Positions 48,503-57,592 of a stretch of 64,000 nucleotides of DNA are shown one piece after another. Source of the stretch: Candidatus Poriferisocius sp. (GTDB lineage: Bacteria; Actinomycetota; Acidimicrobiia; Acidimicrobiales; Bin134); NCBI RefSeq assembly GCF_965208475.1, contig NZ_OZ242338.1, forward strand, positions 978,782 to 1,042,781, read 5' to 3'. Position 1 is the stretch's first letter, and each line of letters begins with the position of its first letter. The position numbers and the translations under genes were made by a program. Under the pieces are notes generated by a model that made no database searches, was not told the DNA's origin, and saw nothing but the letters and a program-made list of their open reading frames with translations.

Positions 48503-49633
48503 ATGGCCGAAGCCAAGGTTCGCTGGACCCACCAGTGGAAAGAGCTCTACGAGGAGGTCATCGACTCGGGGCTGTGTACCGGCTGCGCCGGCTGCGTGAT
48601 CGCCTGCCCCCACGACGTGATCGGCTACAAACACGAGCCGGGCCAGTACAAGCCCTTCCATCTCGAAGAAGAGCTTGGCCTGTCCGACTGCATCCATGGC
48701 CAGAAGGGGTGTACTTCCTGCACCCGGGCCTGCCCTCGGTTCCGCACCTGGGAGGCTGAGGCCGATGAACACCTGTTCGGCCGCATCCGCACCGAGGACG
48801 AGGTGTCGGGCATCTACAGCGATATCTTGCTGGTGCGGGCATCGGACGAATATGTGTACGAATTGGGCCAGGATGGCGGGCTGGTGTCGGCCATCTTGAT
48901 CTGGTGCCTGGAAAACGATGTGATCGACGGCGCCCTCACCTCATTTCTGGAGGGAGGCGACGAAGATGGTTGGAAGGCGGTTCCCGGGCTGGCCGTCAAC
49001 CGGGAGGATGTGCTGCGGGGCGCAGGCAGCCGTTACACCTACTCGGCCAACCCGCTGGCCTACCGGGAGGCCAAAGAGCAGGGGCTCCAGAGGCTGGCCT
49101 TGGTGGGCATGAGCTGCCAGAGCTCCATCGGCCCGGTGATGTGGAACCGCAAGGTGGGCAAGGTGGGCCGTCCCATCAAGCTGAACATCGGGCTCTTGTG
49201 CTCCAAGACCTTCGACGACTCAATGTTCGAGGAGCTGTTCTGGGTGAAGTACGGTCTGCCCACCGACCAGATCGCCAAAATGAACGTCAAGGGAGCGTTC
49301 CAGGTGTGGATGAAGAACGGCGACTACCACGAGATCAATCTCAAAGAGTGCCACGCTTGGACTCGGGAGGGATGCAACCTCTGCCCCGACTTCGCCGCAG
49401 AGCACGCAGACATCTCCACCGGCGGCATCGGCGACGCCACCGACTGGACCCTCACTGTGGTCCGCACCGAGCTGGGCCGGGCCGTCATCAACGCCATGCT
49501 GGAACACGGGGTGATCCAGGCTCGGCCGGGAGACGACGACCCGGGAGCGGTGGCCCTCATGCACAAGCTCGCCGCCAAGAGCCGCCAGCGCTGGCCCGGC
49601 TGGGCCGAGAGCGCAGTCCGGTTGGGGGTCTGA
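48503..49633 (+). CDS. Coenzyme F420 hydrogenase/dehydrogenase beta-subunit family (FrhB/FdhB-like) iron-sulfur flavoprotein
   Basis: CTGCAGCVIACP and CTSCTRACP ferredoxin-like motifs, followed by FrhB-like N and C domains (GQDGGLVSAIL, CNLCPDFAAEHADIS). Confidence 0.75.
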   Translation: MAEAKVRWTHQWKELYEEVIDSGLCTGCAGCVIACPHDVIGYKHEPGQYKPFHLEEELGLSDCIHGQKGCTSCTRACPRFRTWEAEADEHLFGRIRTEDEVSGIYSDILLVRASDEYVYELGQDGGLVSAILIWCLENDVIDGALTSFLEGGDEDGWKAVPGLAVNREDVLRGAGSRYTYSANPLAYREAKEQGLQRLALVGMSCQSSIGPVMWNRKVGKVGRPIKLNIGLLCSKTFDDSMFEELFWVKYGLPTDQIAKMNVKGAFQVWMKNGDYHEINLKECHAWTREGCNLCPDFAAEHADISTGGIGDATDWTLTVVRTELGRAVINAMLEHGVIQARPGDDDPGAVALMHKLAAKSRQRWPGWAESAVRLGV

Positions 49634-49667
49634 GCCCCGTCTGGACGCCGGCGTCGCGCCGGGCCGG

Positions 49668-50033
49668 CTAGATCCCGGACTCCTCCAGGATGCACCGGCG
49701 CATGATCAGGTTCACCTGTTCAGTCAGGTCGGCGTTGATGTTGCTGCGGAGGTCGTCGTCAAGCTCCTTGAACTCCTCAAAGGTCAGCGCGTCTCTGATC
49801 TTGTCGAATCCGCACTTGCACACCTCGGCCAGGTTGGCTCTCACCTGCTCGTCTAGATCATTGCGGCCTGCCTCTTCGCAGCCGTCGCGGAAGTTGCGCT
49901 CGGCCTGGCCGACGTCGGGCTCGCCTCGGTAGTCGGCGGGGTTGTCGGCATAAGAGGTGGGGGCGCCGGAATTGCCGCAGGCGGCGGCCACCAGAATCAA
50001 GGCGACCACCACTGCTAGCAAACGGGCTCTCAT
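49668..50033 (-). CDS. Small lipoprotein of unknown function
   Basis: ATG at 50033 gives MRARLLAVVVALILVAAACGN (lipobox). Four further Cys in the mature part. Confidence 0.6.
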   Translation of the reverse strand: MRARLLAVVVALILVAAACGNSGAPTSYADNPADYRGEPDVGQAERNFRDGCEEAGRNDLDEQVRANLAEVCKCGFDKIRDALTFEEFKELDDDLRSNINADLTEQVNLIMRRCILEESGI

Positions 50034-50086
50034 CACGGCCTCAACGGTATCGCCCCATTCCCGGCGGTCGCGAACCAATCCCGGCC

Positions 50087-50755
50087 TTACGCCGAGTCGG
50101 CCATCTCCAACGCCCGAGCGAACACGTCGTCGAGCATGTCGGGGGTGAGCCGACCGGTGAAGGTGTTCTGCTGACTCACGTGGTAAGAGCACACCACGAC
50201 GCGGCCGCCGGGGGCGGCTGCCTCAAGGCCGTGGGCGAACTTGGGCCGAGGCCTCACTCGCAGTTCGGCGGCCACTGCTGCGTAGCCGATGGCCCCCAAG
50301 GCCACGAACACCCGGGCCCGGCTCAACAAGGCCAGCTCGCGAACCAGAAACGGGCGGCATGCGTCCCGCTCGGCCGGGGTCGGTTTGTTCTGGGGAGGCG
50401 CGCACCGCACCGGTGCGGTGATGTACACGTTGTTCAGCTCCAACCCGTCTTCCCTATGGGAGGAGTTGGACTGGTTGGCCAGGCCCATCCGGTGCAGCGA
50501 GGCATAAAGGAAGTCGCCCGACCGGTCGCCGGTGAACATGCGACCGGTGCGGTTGGCCCCATGGGCCGCGGGGGCCAGTCCCACCACCACGATACGGGCC
50601 TCAGGATCGCCGAATCCTGGCACTGGCCGACCCCAGTACGTCCAATCCCGGTATGAGGCCCGCTTGACCTCGGCAACCTCCTCCCGCCAGGCCACCAGCC
50701 GGGGACAGGCCCGGCAGGCGGTCACATCGGTGGCCAACTCGTCAAATGAATCCAT
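50087..50755 (-). CDS. udgB: Uracil-DNA glycosylase, family 4/5 (UdgB-like)
   Basis: CRACPRL Fe-S cysteines and GLAPAAHGANRTGRMFTGDRSGD, the UdgB-type active-site motif. Confidence 0.85.
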   Translation of the reverse strand: MDSFDELATDVTACRACPRLVAWREEVAEVKRASYRDWTYWGRPVPGFGDPEARIVVVGLAPAAHGANRTGRMFTGDRSGDFLYASLHRMGLANQSNSSHREDGLELNNVYITAPVRCAPPQNKPTPAERDACRPFLVRELALLSRARVFVALGAIGYAAVAAELRVRPRPKFAHGLEAAAPGGRVVVCSYHVSQQNTFTGRLTPDMLDDVFARALEMADSA

Positions 50756-50866
50756 TCAAGGCAAGCTAGAGGACGAGCGAATAAGTCACCGGCAATGTGA
50801 GAGAGCAATGGCCGGCGACGCTTGGCGAGCGGCACTTCCCGACAAGGAAGAGAATCCACAAGGCAA

Positions 50867-51511
50867 ATGACCAGCAAGACCGGAAAGCCCACCCTGGTGC
50901 TGTTCGTGCGCCACGGTCAGACCCCCACCACCGGCGCCGTGCTGCCCGGGCGGGCGCCGGGCCTGCACCTCAGCGACCGGGGCCGGGAGCAGGCCGATCA
51001 GGCTGCGGCCCGCATTGCCGCTTTGGGGGCCGAGCGCATCGGGGCGGTGTATGCGTCTCCCATGGAGCGGGCACGTGAGACCGCTGCGCCCATCGCCCGG
51101 GCGGTGGGACGCCGGGTGCGGGTGCTAGACAGCCTCAACGAGTGCGATTTCGGTCGATGGACCGGCCGCCGGCTCGCTGACCTGCGCCGCCGGCGCGATT
51201 GGCGCCAGGTGCAGCACAACCCCAGCGGCTTCCGCTTTCCCGGCGGAGAGTCTTTCGCTGAGATGCAAGCCAGGATCACCGGCGCGGCGCAGTCGCTGGC
51301 CGCACGCCACTCCGGCGCCACCGTGGTGGCGGTGTCGCACGCCGACACCATCAAAGCCGCGGTGTCGCACGCCTCAGGCGCCCACCTGGACATGTTCCAG
51401 AGGATCACAGTGTCCCCCTGCTCGATCACCGCCATTCTCTATGGCGCCGACGGCCCGCTAGTGCTGGCCGTGAACAGCACTGCCGACTTGAAATCGCTGG
51501 TCCCGTCATGA
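50867..51511 (+). CDS. Histidine-phosphatase (phosphoglycerate-mutase-like) superfamily protein, MSMEG_4193-type
   Basis: LVLFVRHGQT RHG motif and VSHAD. An alternative TTG start at 50822 is possible. First gene of a conserved actinobacterial trio. Confidence 0.8.
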   Translation: MTSKTGKPTLVLFVRHGQTPTTGAVLPGRAPGLHLSDRGREQADQAAARIAALGAERIGAVYASPMERARETAAPIARAVGRRVRVLDSLNECDFGRWTGRRLADLRRRRDWRQVQHNPSGFRFPGGESFAEMQARITGAAQSLAARHSGATVVAVSHADTIKAAVSHASGAHLDMFQRITVSPCSITAILYGADGPLVLAVNSTADLKSLVPS

Positions 51512-51999
51512 GTGCCTCTTTCGACCTGGACGGCCTCGAGCACTTCACGGTGGGCACCATCGGCCCTCCCGGCCAGCGGGTTTTCTACCTTCAGGCGGGG
51601 GTCACCGGCACGCTGGTAACGCTGAAGTTGGAGAAACAGCAGGTGGCCGCGTTGGCCGAGTATCTGGCTGGGGCGCTGCGGGAGATCGCCGACGATCCTG
51701 ATGCCATCTTGCCCGAAGCCGATTTAGGCCTGATCGACCCGGTGGAAGCCGAATGGGCCGTGGGCGACATCGGCATCGGCTATGACGCAGACGCCGACCG
51801 CCTGCTGATCATGGCCACCGAGGTGCCGTCCCAAGACGACCCCGGCGAACCGGCCACCGCCCGGTTCCACATCACCCGAGGCCAGGTTGCCGGGTTCGTG
51901 GCCCGCGCCCGAGAGGTGGTGAGCGCCGGTCGGCCCCCCTGCCGCTACTGCGGGGCTCCGCTCAACGACGACGGCGGCTGGTGTGCCTGCTCCAACTAG
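51508..51999 (+). CDS. DUF3090 family protein
   Basis: GPPGQRVFYLQA opening and a C-terminal [17 protein letters not shown] zinc-ribbon-like motif. 4-nt overlap with the upstream gene. Confidence 0.75.
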   Translation: MSASFDLDGLEHFTVGTIGPPGQRVFYLQAGVTGTLVTLKLEKQQVAALAEYLAGALREIADDPDAILPEADLGLIDPVEAEWAVGDIGIGYDADADRLLIMATEVPSQDDPGEPATARFHITRGQVAGFVARAREVVSAGRPPCRYCGAPLNDDGGWCACSN

Positions 52000-52768
52000 C
52001 GGACCATCTCCAGTGAACACCCCTGAACCCCGAACCGAGTCGCCGTTCCGGGAGCGGCCCCCGATTTCCGACGATGCGGCCGTCGACCTGCTGCGTGCCG
52101 GTGAACTAGACGTGCTGGGGCGGATGCCGTGGAGTTCCAACATGACTTTCTTGGTCGACGTTCACGCTCCCGGCGCCCCCGTCGTCCAAGGCGTGTACAA
52201 GCCAGTGCGGGGCGAGCGACCGCTTTGGGATTTCCCCGCCGGACTGCACAAGCGGGAAATCGCCGCCTTCGAACTGTCGCGAGCATTGGGCTGGGGGCTG
52301 ATCCCCCCCACCGTCAGGCGAGATGGACCGCTGGGCGAGGGTTCGGTGCAACTCTACGTGCCCACCGACTACGACGAGCACTACTTCACCCTGCGGGAAG
52401 AGCCCGCTCACCATCGGTGGTTCCAGCGGCTCTGCGCGTTCGACTTCATCATCAACAGCACCGACCGCAAGGGCGGCCACATACTGCTCGGCGACGACGG
52501 GCGTCTCTACGCCGTCGACAACGGACTGTCGTTCCACTGCGAGTTCAAACTGCGCACCGTGATCTGGGAATGGGCCGGCGATCCCCTTCCCGCTGAACTG
52601 GCCGACGACCTGGCCCGCCTGCTCGACGAGGGCCTGCCCACCGAGGTGGCCGGCCTGCTCACTCTGCTGGAGCGAGATGCCCTGCTGACCCGGTGGGGCG
52701 CACTGGTAGGAGAAGCCCGGTTCCCCACCGACCCCAGCGGCCGCCGCCACCCATGGCCTTTGGTTTGA
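51983..52768 (+). CDS. SCO1664-family protein (PI3/PI4-kinase-like fold predicted)
   Basis: 261 aa with [19 protein letters not shown] and AVDNGLSF kinase-like catalytic-loop/DxG motifs. Overlaps the DUF3090 gene end. Confidence 0.7.
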   Translation: MPAPTSGPSPVNTPEPRTESPFRERPPISDDAAVDLLRAGELDVLGRMPWSSNMTFLVDVHAPGAPVVQGVYKPVRGERPLWDFPAGLHKREIAAFELSRALGWGLIPPTVRRDGPLGEGSVQLYVPTDYDEHYFTLREEPAHHRWFQRLCAFDFIINSTDRKGGHILLGDDGRLYAVDNGLSFHCEFKLRTVIWEWAGDPLPAELADDLARLLDEGLPTEVAGLLTLLERDALLTRWGALVGEARFPTDPSGRRHPWPLV

Positions 52769-52775
52769 GACCGCG

Positions 52776-53738
52776 TCAGGCGCGGGCTTGCAGCGCTTCG
52801 ATCAGCTTGGGCAGCACCTTGTGTACGTCGCCGACAACGCCGAGGTCGGCGATGCCGAAAATGGGGGCCTCGGCGTCCTTGTTGATGGCGATGATGTTCT
52901 TGGAGCCCTTCATTCCCACCATGTGCTGGGTGGCCCCGGAGATACCGCAGGCCACGTAAACGTCGGGCTTGACCACCTTGCCGGTCTGGCCCACCTGATG
53001 GGAGTAGGGCACCCAGCCGGCGTCCACGATGGCACGCGACGCGCCCGCCGCTCCCCCGAGGAGCTTGGCCAGATCCTCGATCATGGCGTACTTCTCGGCC
53101 TCGCCCAACCCCCGTCCGCCGGAGACCACCACGCCGGCCTCGTCCAGCTTGGGCCCGCTGGATTCCTCGGCGAAGCGGTCGACCACCCGGGCTGCCCCGG
53201 TGGCGCCCAGATCGGGTACCGGCAGCGCCGATATCGCCGCTGGGGCTCCTCCGTTCTCCTCTGCGGCGAACGATTTGGGGCGGACTAGGAACAGGCCGAC
53301 GCCCGGCCGGTTGAAACAGGTGCTGACGTTGACCGTGCCGCCGAAAACCGGCTCGGTGCCGACCAATGCTCCGTCGGCTCGTTCCAGCTCGACGATGTTG
53401 GTGATAACCGACGAGCCCAGCTTCACCGAGAGCCGTCCGGCCACGTCTCTGCCGTCGTAAGTTGTGCCGAACAGCACCGCGTCGGGGCCTCCTCCCCCTT
53501 CGATGGCCGCCGCGATGGCCGAAGCCACCGCCGGCCCGGCCAGGCCGTCACCCAGATCGCCGGTGGCGTGCACCGTGGTTGCCCCGTGGGCGCCGAGTTC
53601 GGCAGCCACCGGCTCGCCGGCCGCGCCCACCACTGCTTCCACGGTGTCGGCCAACTCGCGGGCCCTGGTCAACAACTCCAGGCTGATCGAGGCGACCTTG
53701 CCGCCCGAGGCCTCAGCAAACACCCAGATGGTTCCCAT
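52776..53738 (-). CDS. etfA: Electron transfer flavoprotein alpha subunit
   Basis: ATG at 53738 with AGGAGG upstream. MGTIWVFAE start and a C-terminal FAD-binding SRAIVDAGW...[21 protein letters not shown]. Confidence 0.92.
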   Translation of the reverse strand: MGTIWVFAEASGGKVASISLELLTRARELADTVEAVVGAAGEPVAAELGAHGATTVHATGDLGDGLAGPAVASAIAAAIEGGGGPDAVLFGTTYDGRDVAGRLSVKLGSSVITNIVELERADGALVGTEPVFGGTVNVSTCFNRPGVGLFLVRPKSFAAEENGGAPAAISALPVPDLGATGAARVVDRFAEESSGPKLDEAGVVVSGGRGLGEAEKYAMIEDLAKLLGGAAGASRAIVDAGWVPYSHQVGQTGKVVKPDVYVACGISGATQHMVGMKGSKNIIAINKDAEAPIFGIADLGVVGDVHKVLPKLIEALQARA

Positions 53739-53766
53739 ACTGCCTCCTAGCGTCCTGTCCTGGCTC

Positions 53767-54546
53767 CTAGACGATCCTGAGTTCTTCGAGCAGGGTGATG
53801 ATGCGCTCATGGGCGTCGCCGTCGTCGGTGATGATCTCGCCGGCCTCACGCTCGGGAGCAGGGCTGACATCGGTGATCTCCTGGCCGCCGCCGGCCCAGC
53901 CCACCTGGTCGGCTTCGATGCCGAGGTCGCCGATCCCCACCTGGTCCATCGGCTTGGACTTGGCCGCCATAATGCCCTTGAACGACGGGTACCGGGGCTC
54001 GACCACCCCGGCGGTCACCGAGACCACCGCGGGCAGCGGGCATCGCACCTCGTCGTAGCCGGCCTCGGTCTGGCGCTTCACCACCACCTCGCCGCCATCG
54101 GCTTGGATCTCCTTGGCGAAGGTGACCGACGGCAGGCCCAGCAGCTCGGCCACCTGCTCGGGAACGGTGCCGGTGTAGCCGTCGGACGACTCGGTGGCGG
54201 CCAAAATCAGGTCGGCCTGGGCTCGTCCGATGGCCGCAGCCAGCACTCGGGCTGTGCCGAGTGCATCGGTTCCGGCCAGGGCCTCGTCGCTGACCAGAAT
54301 GGCCTTGTCGGCGCCCATGGCCAATGCCGAGCGCAGCCCGTTGACCTCTTCGTGGGGGGCCATCGACACCAGGGTCACCTCGCCCTCGCCGGCGGCGTCG
54401 CGCAGCTGGAGGGCCATTTCCACGCCGTAGGAGTCCGATTCGTCCATGATGAGCTTCATGTCCCGCTTGAGGGTGTTGGTTGCGGGGTCTAGCTGTCCGG
54501 GATCGGCCGGATCGGGGATTTGCTTTACACAGACGACGATGTCCAT
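53767..54546 (-). CDS. etfB: Electron transfer flavoprotein beta subunit
   Basis: ATG at 54546 gives MDIVVCVKQIPDP, the canonical EtfB N-terminus. Confidence 0.92.
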   Translation of the reverse strand: MDIVVCVKQIPDPADPGQLDPATNTLKRDMKLIMDESDSYGVEMALQLRDAAGEGEVTLVSMAPHEEVNGLRSALAMGADKAILVSDEALAGTDALGTARVLAAAIGRAQADLILAATESSDGYTGTVPEQVAELLGLPSVTFAKEIQADGGEVVVKRQTEAGYDEVRCPLPAVVSVTAGVVEPRYPSFKGIMAAKSKPMDQVGIGDLGIEADQVGWAGGGQEITDVSPAPEREAGEIITDDGDAHERIITLLEELRIV

Positions 54547-54660
54547 AGCGCACAAGTCTCCCACCACACCTCTGGCGCGCAAAACCAAACGCGGGGGAAC
54601 TGGGGCTCTCGCGAGGAGGGCCGCTTTTGACTCTGATGGGCAGGCAGTAGCGTTGACAGC

Positions 54661-55578
54661 CTGAAACTCCTGCTTCTCGTCAACCCCCACGCTTCGTCAG
54701 TCACCGCCCGCACCCAGGTGGTAATCCAAAAGGCACTGGCCGCCGACCATGATGTGACGCTGGCCAAGACCCACCGGCGGGGGCATGCCTCTCGCCTGGC
54801 CCATGGGGCGGTGGCCGACGGGTGCGATGTGGTGGCGGTGCTGGGGGGCGACGGAACCCTGAATGAGGCCATCAACGGTCTGGCCGCCTCCGACGTGGCG
54901 CTGGCCCCCCTGCCGGGTGGATCGACCAACGTTTTCGCCCGCTCCATAGGGCTGCCCGACGACCCGGTGGAGGCTGCCGCCATGCTGTTGGAGACTCTGG
55001 CCGCCGGGCGCATAGAGCGGATAGGACTGGGTCAGGTGAACGGGAGATATTTCCTGTTCCATGCCGGGGTGGGCTACGACGCCGCGGTTGTGCAGCAGGT
55101 CGAGCGCCGGGCCGGGCTGAAGCGTTACGCCAACCACGCACTGTTCGCCTTCGCAGCGGTCGACACCTGGATGCGCCACTACGACCGGTCGCAACCCCGG
55201 TTCACCGTCTACCACGCCGATGGGGAGGCGGTACCCGGCCAGTTCGCCATCTGCCTCAACACCGACCCCTACACCTATCTGGGGTCGCGTCCCTTCAAGG
55301 TGATGCCCGACACCACCCTGGATGCCCCCCTGGCCCTCGTGACCCTGCGCTCGCTGCGTGCCGGCAGGCTTCTCCGTACCGCGGCCAGCGCCCTCGGCTA
55401 CGGCCCTCCGGTCACCGCACATCGCCACGTCCACTCCCGTGCCGATGTGACCAGCGCCGTCGTGGCCAGCGACACCCCGTTCCCCTACCAACTCGACGGC
55501 GACTATCTCGGCGAAACCACCCGCCTGGAGTTCCACCATTCCCCCCAGGCCCTCGCCCTGGCCTTGCCGGTGGGGTGA
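54661..55578 (+). CDS. Diacylglycerol-kinase-family lipid kinase
   Basis: LGGDGTLNEAINGL catalytic motif. The ORF track starts at GTG 54718, but the conserved (L)KLLLLVNPHASS N-terminus lies in frame upstream from CTG 54661. Confidence 0.8.
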   Translation: MKLLLLVNPHASSVTARTQVVIQKALAADHDVTLAKTHRRGHASRLAHGAVADGCDVVAVLGGDGTLNEAINGLAASDVALAPLPGGSTNVFARSIGLPDDPVEAAAMLLETLAAGRIERIGLGQVNGRYFLFHAGVGYDAAVVQQVERRAGLKRYANHALFAFAAVDTWMRHYDRSQPRFTVYHADGEAVPGQFAICLNTDPYTYLGSRPFKVMPDTTLDAPLALVTLRSLRAGRLLRTAASALGYGPPVTAHRHVHSRADVTSAVVASDTPFPYQLDGDYLGETTRLEFHHSPQALALALPVG

Positions 55579-55584
55579 CGGGCA

Positions 55585-56121
55585 TCAGGGAATCAGCCCC
55601 TTCTGATATGCCCAGGCAAAGAACTCCTTTCCGTTTACCGGCAGCCGCATGTCAGTTGCCCGCAAGTCATCAACCAGGTTCTCTGCCTCGGACCTATCGA
55701 GGATTCCTGACTGGACTCCCTGGGCAACCAGCCACATCGAATCTTGAACCAATCTCCCGTCGCGTTGGGCCAAACGGCTGCCAGCACGCTCGTCGATAAC
55801 CGCCACGCCACCATGAACGCTTGTCCAGGCCAACACGGCGGCTTCGCCGGTATTCTCATGCGGCCCTCCGCCAAGTTCTGACTTGTAGCGAGCAAACGCT
55901 GCCAGTTCGCGAAATTCGGCGATCTCTATCGGTTCAAGCCATGGCACTACCAAGGCTTCGGCAATATCCGGGAACGCCACCATACCTTTGACGATTTCCT
56001 CGCGAACTTCTACAGGAACGAAGCACCGATAGCCATGGACCAGTTCCTCCAGCGTATTCAGCTTTCCGGCGCGGGCGAAGTGGCTAAGTGGCGAGTTGTC
56101 GAATACGAGGAACTGTGTCAC
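55585..56121 (-). CDS. PIN-like nuclease of the DUF3368 type (putative toxin)
   Basis: LVFDNSPLSHFARAGKL (first acidic PIN residue) and GEAAVLAWTSVHGGVAVIDERAGSRLAQRDGRLVQDSMWLVAQGVQSGIL, which matches the DUF3368 pattern. The start overlaps the upstream gene by 4 nt. Confidence 0.7.
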   Translation of the reverse strand: MTQFLVFDNSPLSHFARAGKLNTLEELVHGYRCFVPVEVREEIVKGMVAFPDIAEALVVPWLEPIEIAEFRELAAFARYKSELGGGPHENTGEAAVLAWTSVHGGVAVIDERAGSRLAQRDGRLVQDSMWLVAQGVQSGILDRSEAENLVDDLRATDMRLPVNGKEFFAWAYQKGLIP

Positions 56122-57227
56122 GCTTCGAGTTCGAACACATTCCGATAAGCCTCAAGTGGAATGTCGTCTTGAGGTGGCAGCCCTATGCGATCGACGGTTC
56201 CCCACAAAAGCTCGGTAGCGCGAGCAGCGGTGAGTTTTCCCCTTCGGTACGCCGTAAGAACTTTCCTGCCGTACTGGGGGGGTACGGCAGGTGGATCGAG
56301 TTCAGATACCCAATGTTCTCCTAGCTCAATGAAGTCCGCCCCAGACGGTGGTTGACCCGCAAGCTCTTCGCGGATTCCAGCATCGATTACACCGATATTG
56401 CGGAGCTGCGCGCACACCGCCGTCCAACTCAACCGGTAGCGAACCGCGGCCGCAACCGCCGTAAGCCGATAGTTAGTCCTGAACTCTGACCAAAGAGCGT
56501 CGGCATCAAGGCGCGGCAACAACAGGTGGATTGCAAAAGCGTTGATCAGCCTCTCCTGCTCGTCTTGAGGTGATAGTCCAATCTCCGGTGCATAGGCGTC
56601 CATGAAAACATGGTGGCCGAGTTCATGCGCGAGGTTGAATCTGCGTCGCCCCGGCTCAGACGCGCCATTTATTACTGCGACCCCAACTTCTCCAACCTCC
56701 ACATATGCGGCATCTCCTCCGTTCCTGCCGAGGTCAAGGGAAAATGTGAATAGCCCCACTTGTTCCGCCTGTGCCTGAAGTTCCAACAATGGGCCACTTG
56801 GCATCCCAAGGTGTTGACGCAACTTGATCGCTGCCTGTTCGGCACTCTGGATCGTGGACGGCGGGTCGAGTTCGAACCTCGTCAGGAGAGGTAGTTCTCC
56901 CTCGCTCGCGAGAAAATCTATGTCGCGGGCGATCCGCTCTACTCTTGTGTCGAGAATTCTCGACTGGCCGCCGACCAGTGGATCAGATCGTCGGCTGACC
57001 ACTGCTGGCGGCGAGGGAACAAAGAACCAATCAACCGGTCGGTCAAGTGCTTCAGCAAGCGCCACAAGCTCTGTCGCTCCCAGCTTGCGCGTTCCTTTCT
57101 CAATCTTCGCGATTACCGTTCGGCCCAAGCCCGTTTTCGAAGCAACCTGCTCTTGGGTCAGCCCCACGAGATCACGGGCCTCAGCAATACGAGCACTTAA
57201 CTGGACTTCCTCGGCCATTTCCTCCAT
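56118..57227 (-). CDS. XRE-family HTH fused to an ImmA/IrrE (COG2856) zinc metallopeptidase, with a C-terminal UPF0175-like segment
   Basis: HTH: LTQEQVASKTGLGRTVIAKIEKGTRK. HEXXH: FNLAHELGHHVF. C-terminus: KVLTAYRRGKLTAARATELLWGTV. Confidence 0.8.
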   Translation of the reverse strand: MEEMAEEVQLSARIAEARDLVGLTQEQVASKTGLGRTVIAKIEKGTRKLGATELVALAEALDRPVDWFFVPSPPAVVSRRSDPLVGGQSRILDTRVERIARDIDFLASEGELPLLTRFELDPPSTIQSAEQAAIKLRQHLGMPSGPLLELQAQAEQVGLFTFSLDLGRNGGDAAYVEVGEVGVAVINGASEPGRRRFNLAHELGHHVFMDAYAPEIGLSPQDEQERLINAFAIHLLLPRLDADALWSEFRTNYRLTAVAAAVRYRLSWTAVCAQLRNIGVIDAGIREELAGQPPSGADFIELGEHWVSELDPPAVPPQYGRKVLTAYRRGKLTAARATELLWGTVDRIGLPPQDDIPLEAYRNVFELEA

Positions 57228-57592
57228 TGTGCGATATTAGCACAATGGAGGGCAATCCGTGGCACCAATGTCCGATACCATGCCCGCTAGCCGGAGATAC
57301 AACAGCGCCTACGAACTCAGACCCCCGCCCAAACCCTACGCCCACCCGCGACCTTGGCAATCCAAACCCGACACGGCCACCCGACACACCGAACCGTTTC
57401 CCACAGCAGGAACCAGCACTGGACGCCCGGTCAACCGCCAACCGGTGCTACTGAGCTGAGGCCGGCATCTAGGGGCAGGGAGCCACGATATGAACGAATC
57501 GGCAACTCAGGGGATGGACTTGCCGGATCCAGGTTCGGCGCTTGGCCTCAAGTTGAAGAGCCTAGCCGTTTGGGATTGCGTAGCTGCTTGCC

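Noticed and set aside
53739-53870. N-terminal extensions of the etfA (to 53870) and etfB (to 54690) ORFs.
   Set aside because: Canonical Etf N-termini begin at the internal ATGs (MGTIWVFAE with AGGAGG upstream; MDIVVCVKQIPDP). The extensions are Ser/Pro/Arg-rich and would overlap the neighbouring gene or promoter.
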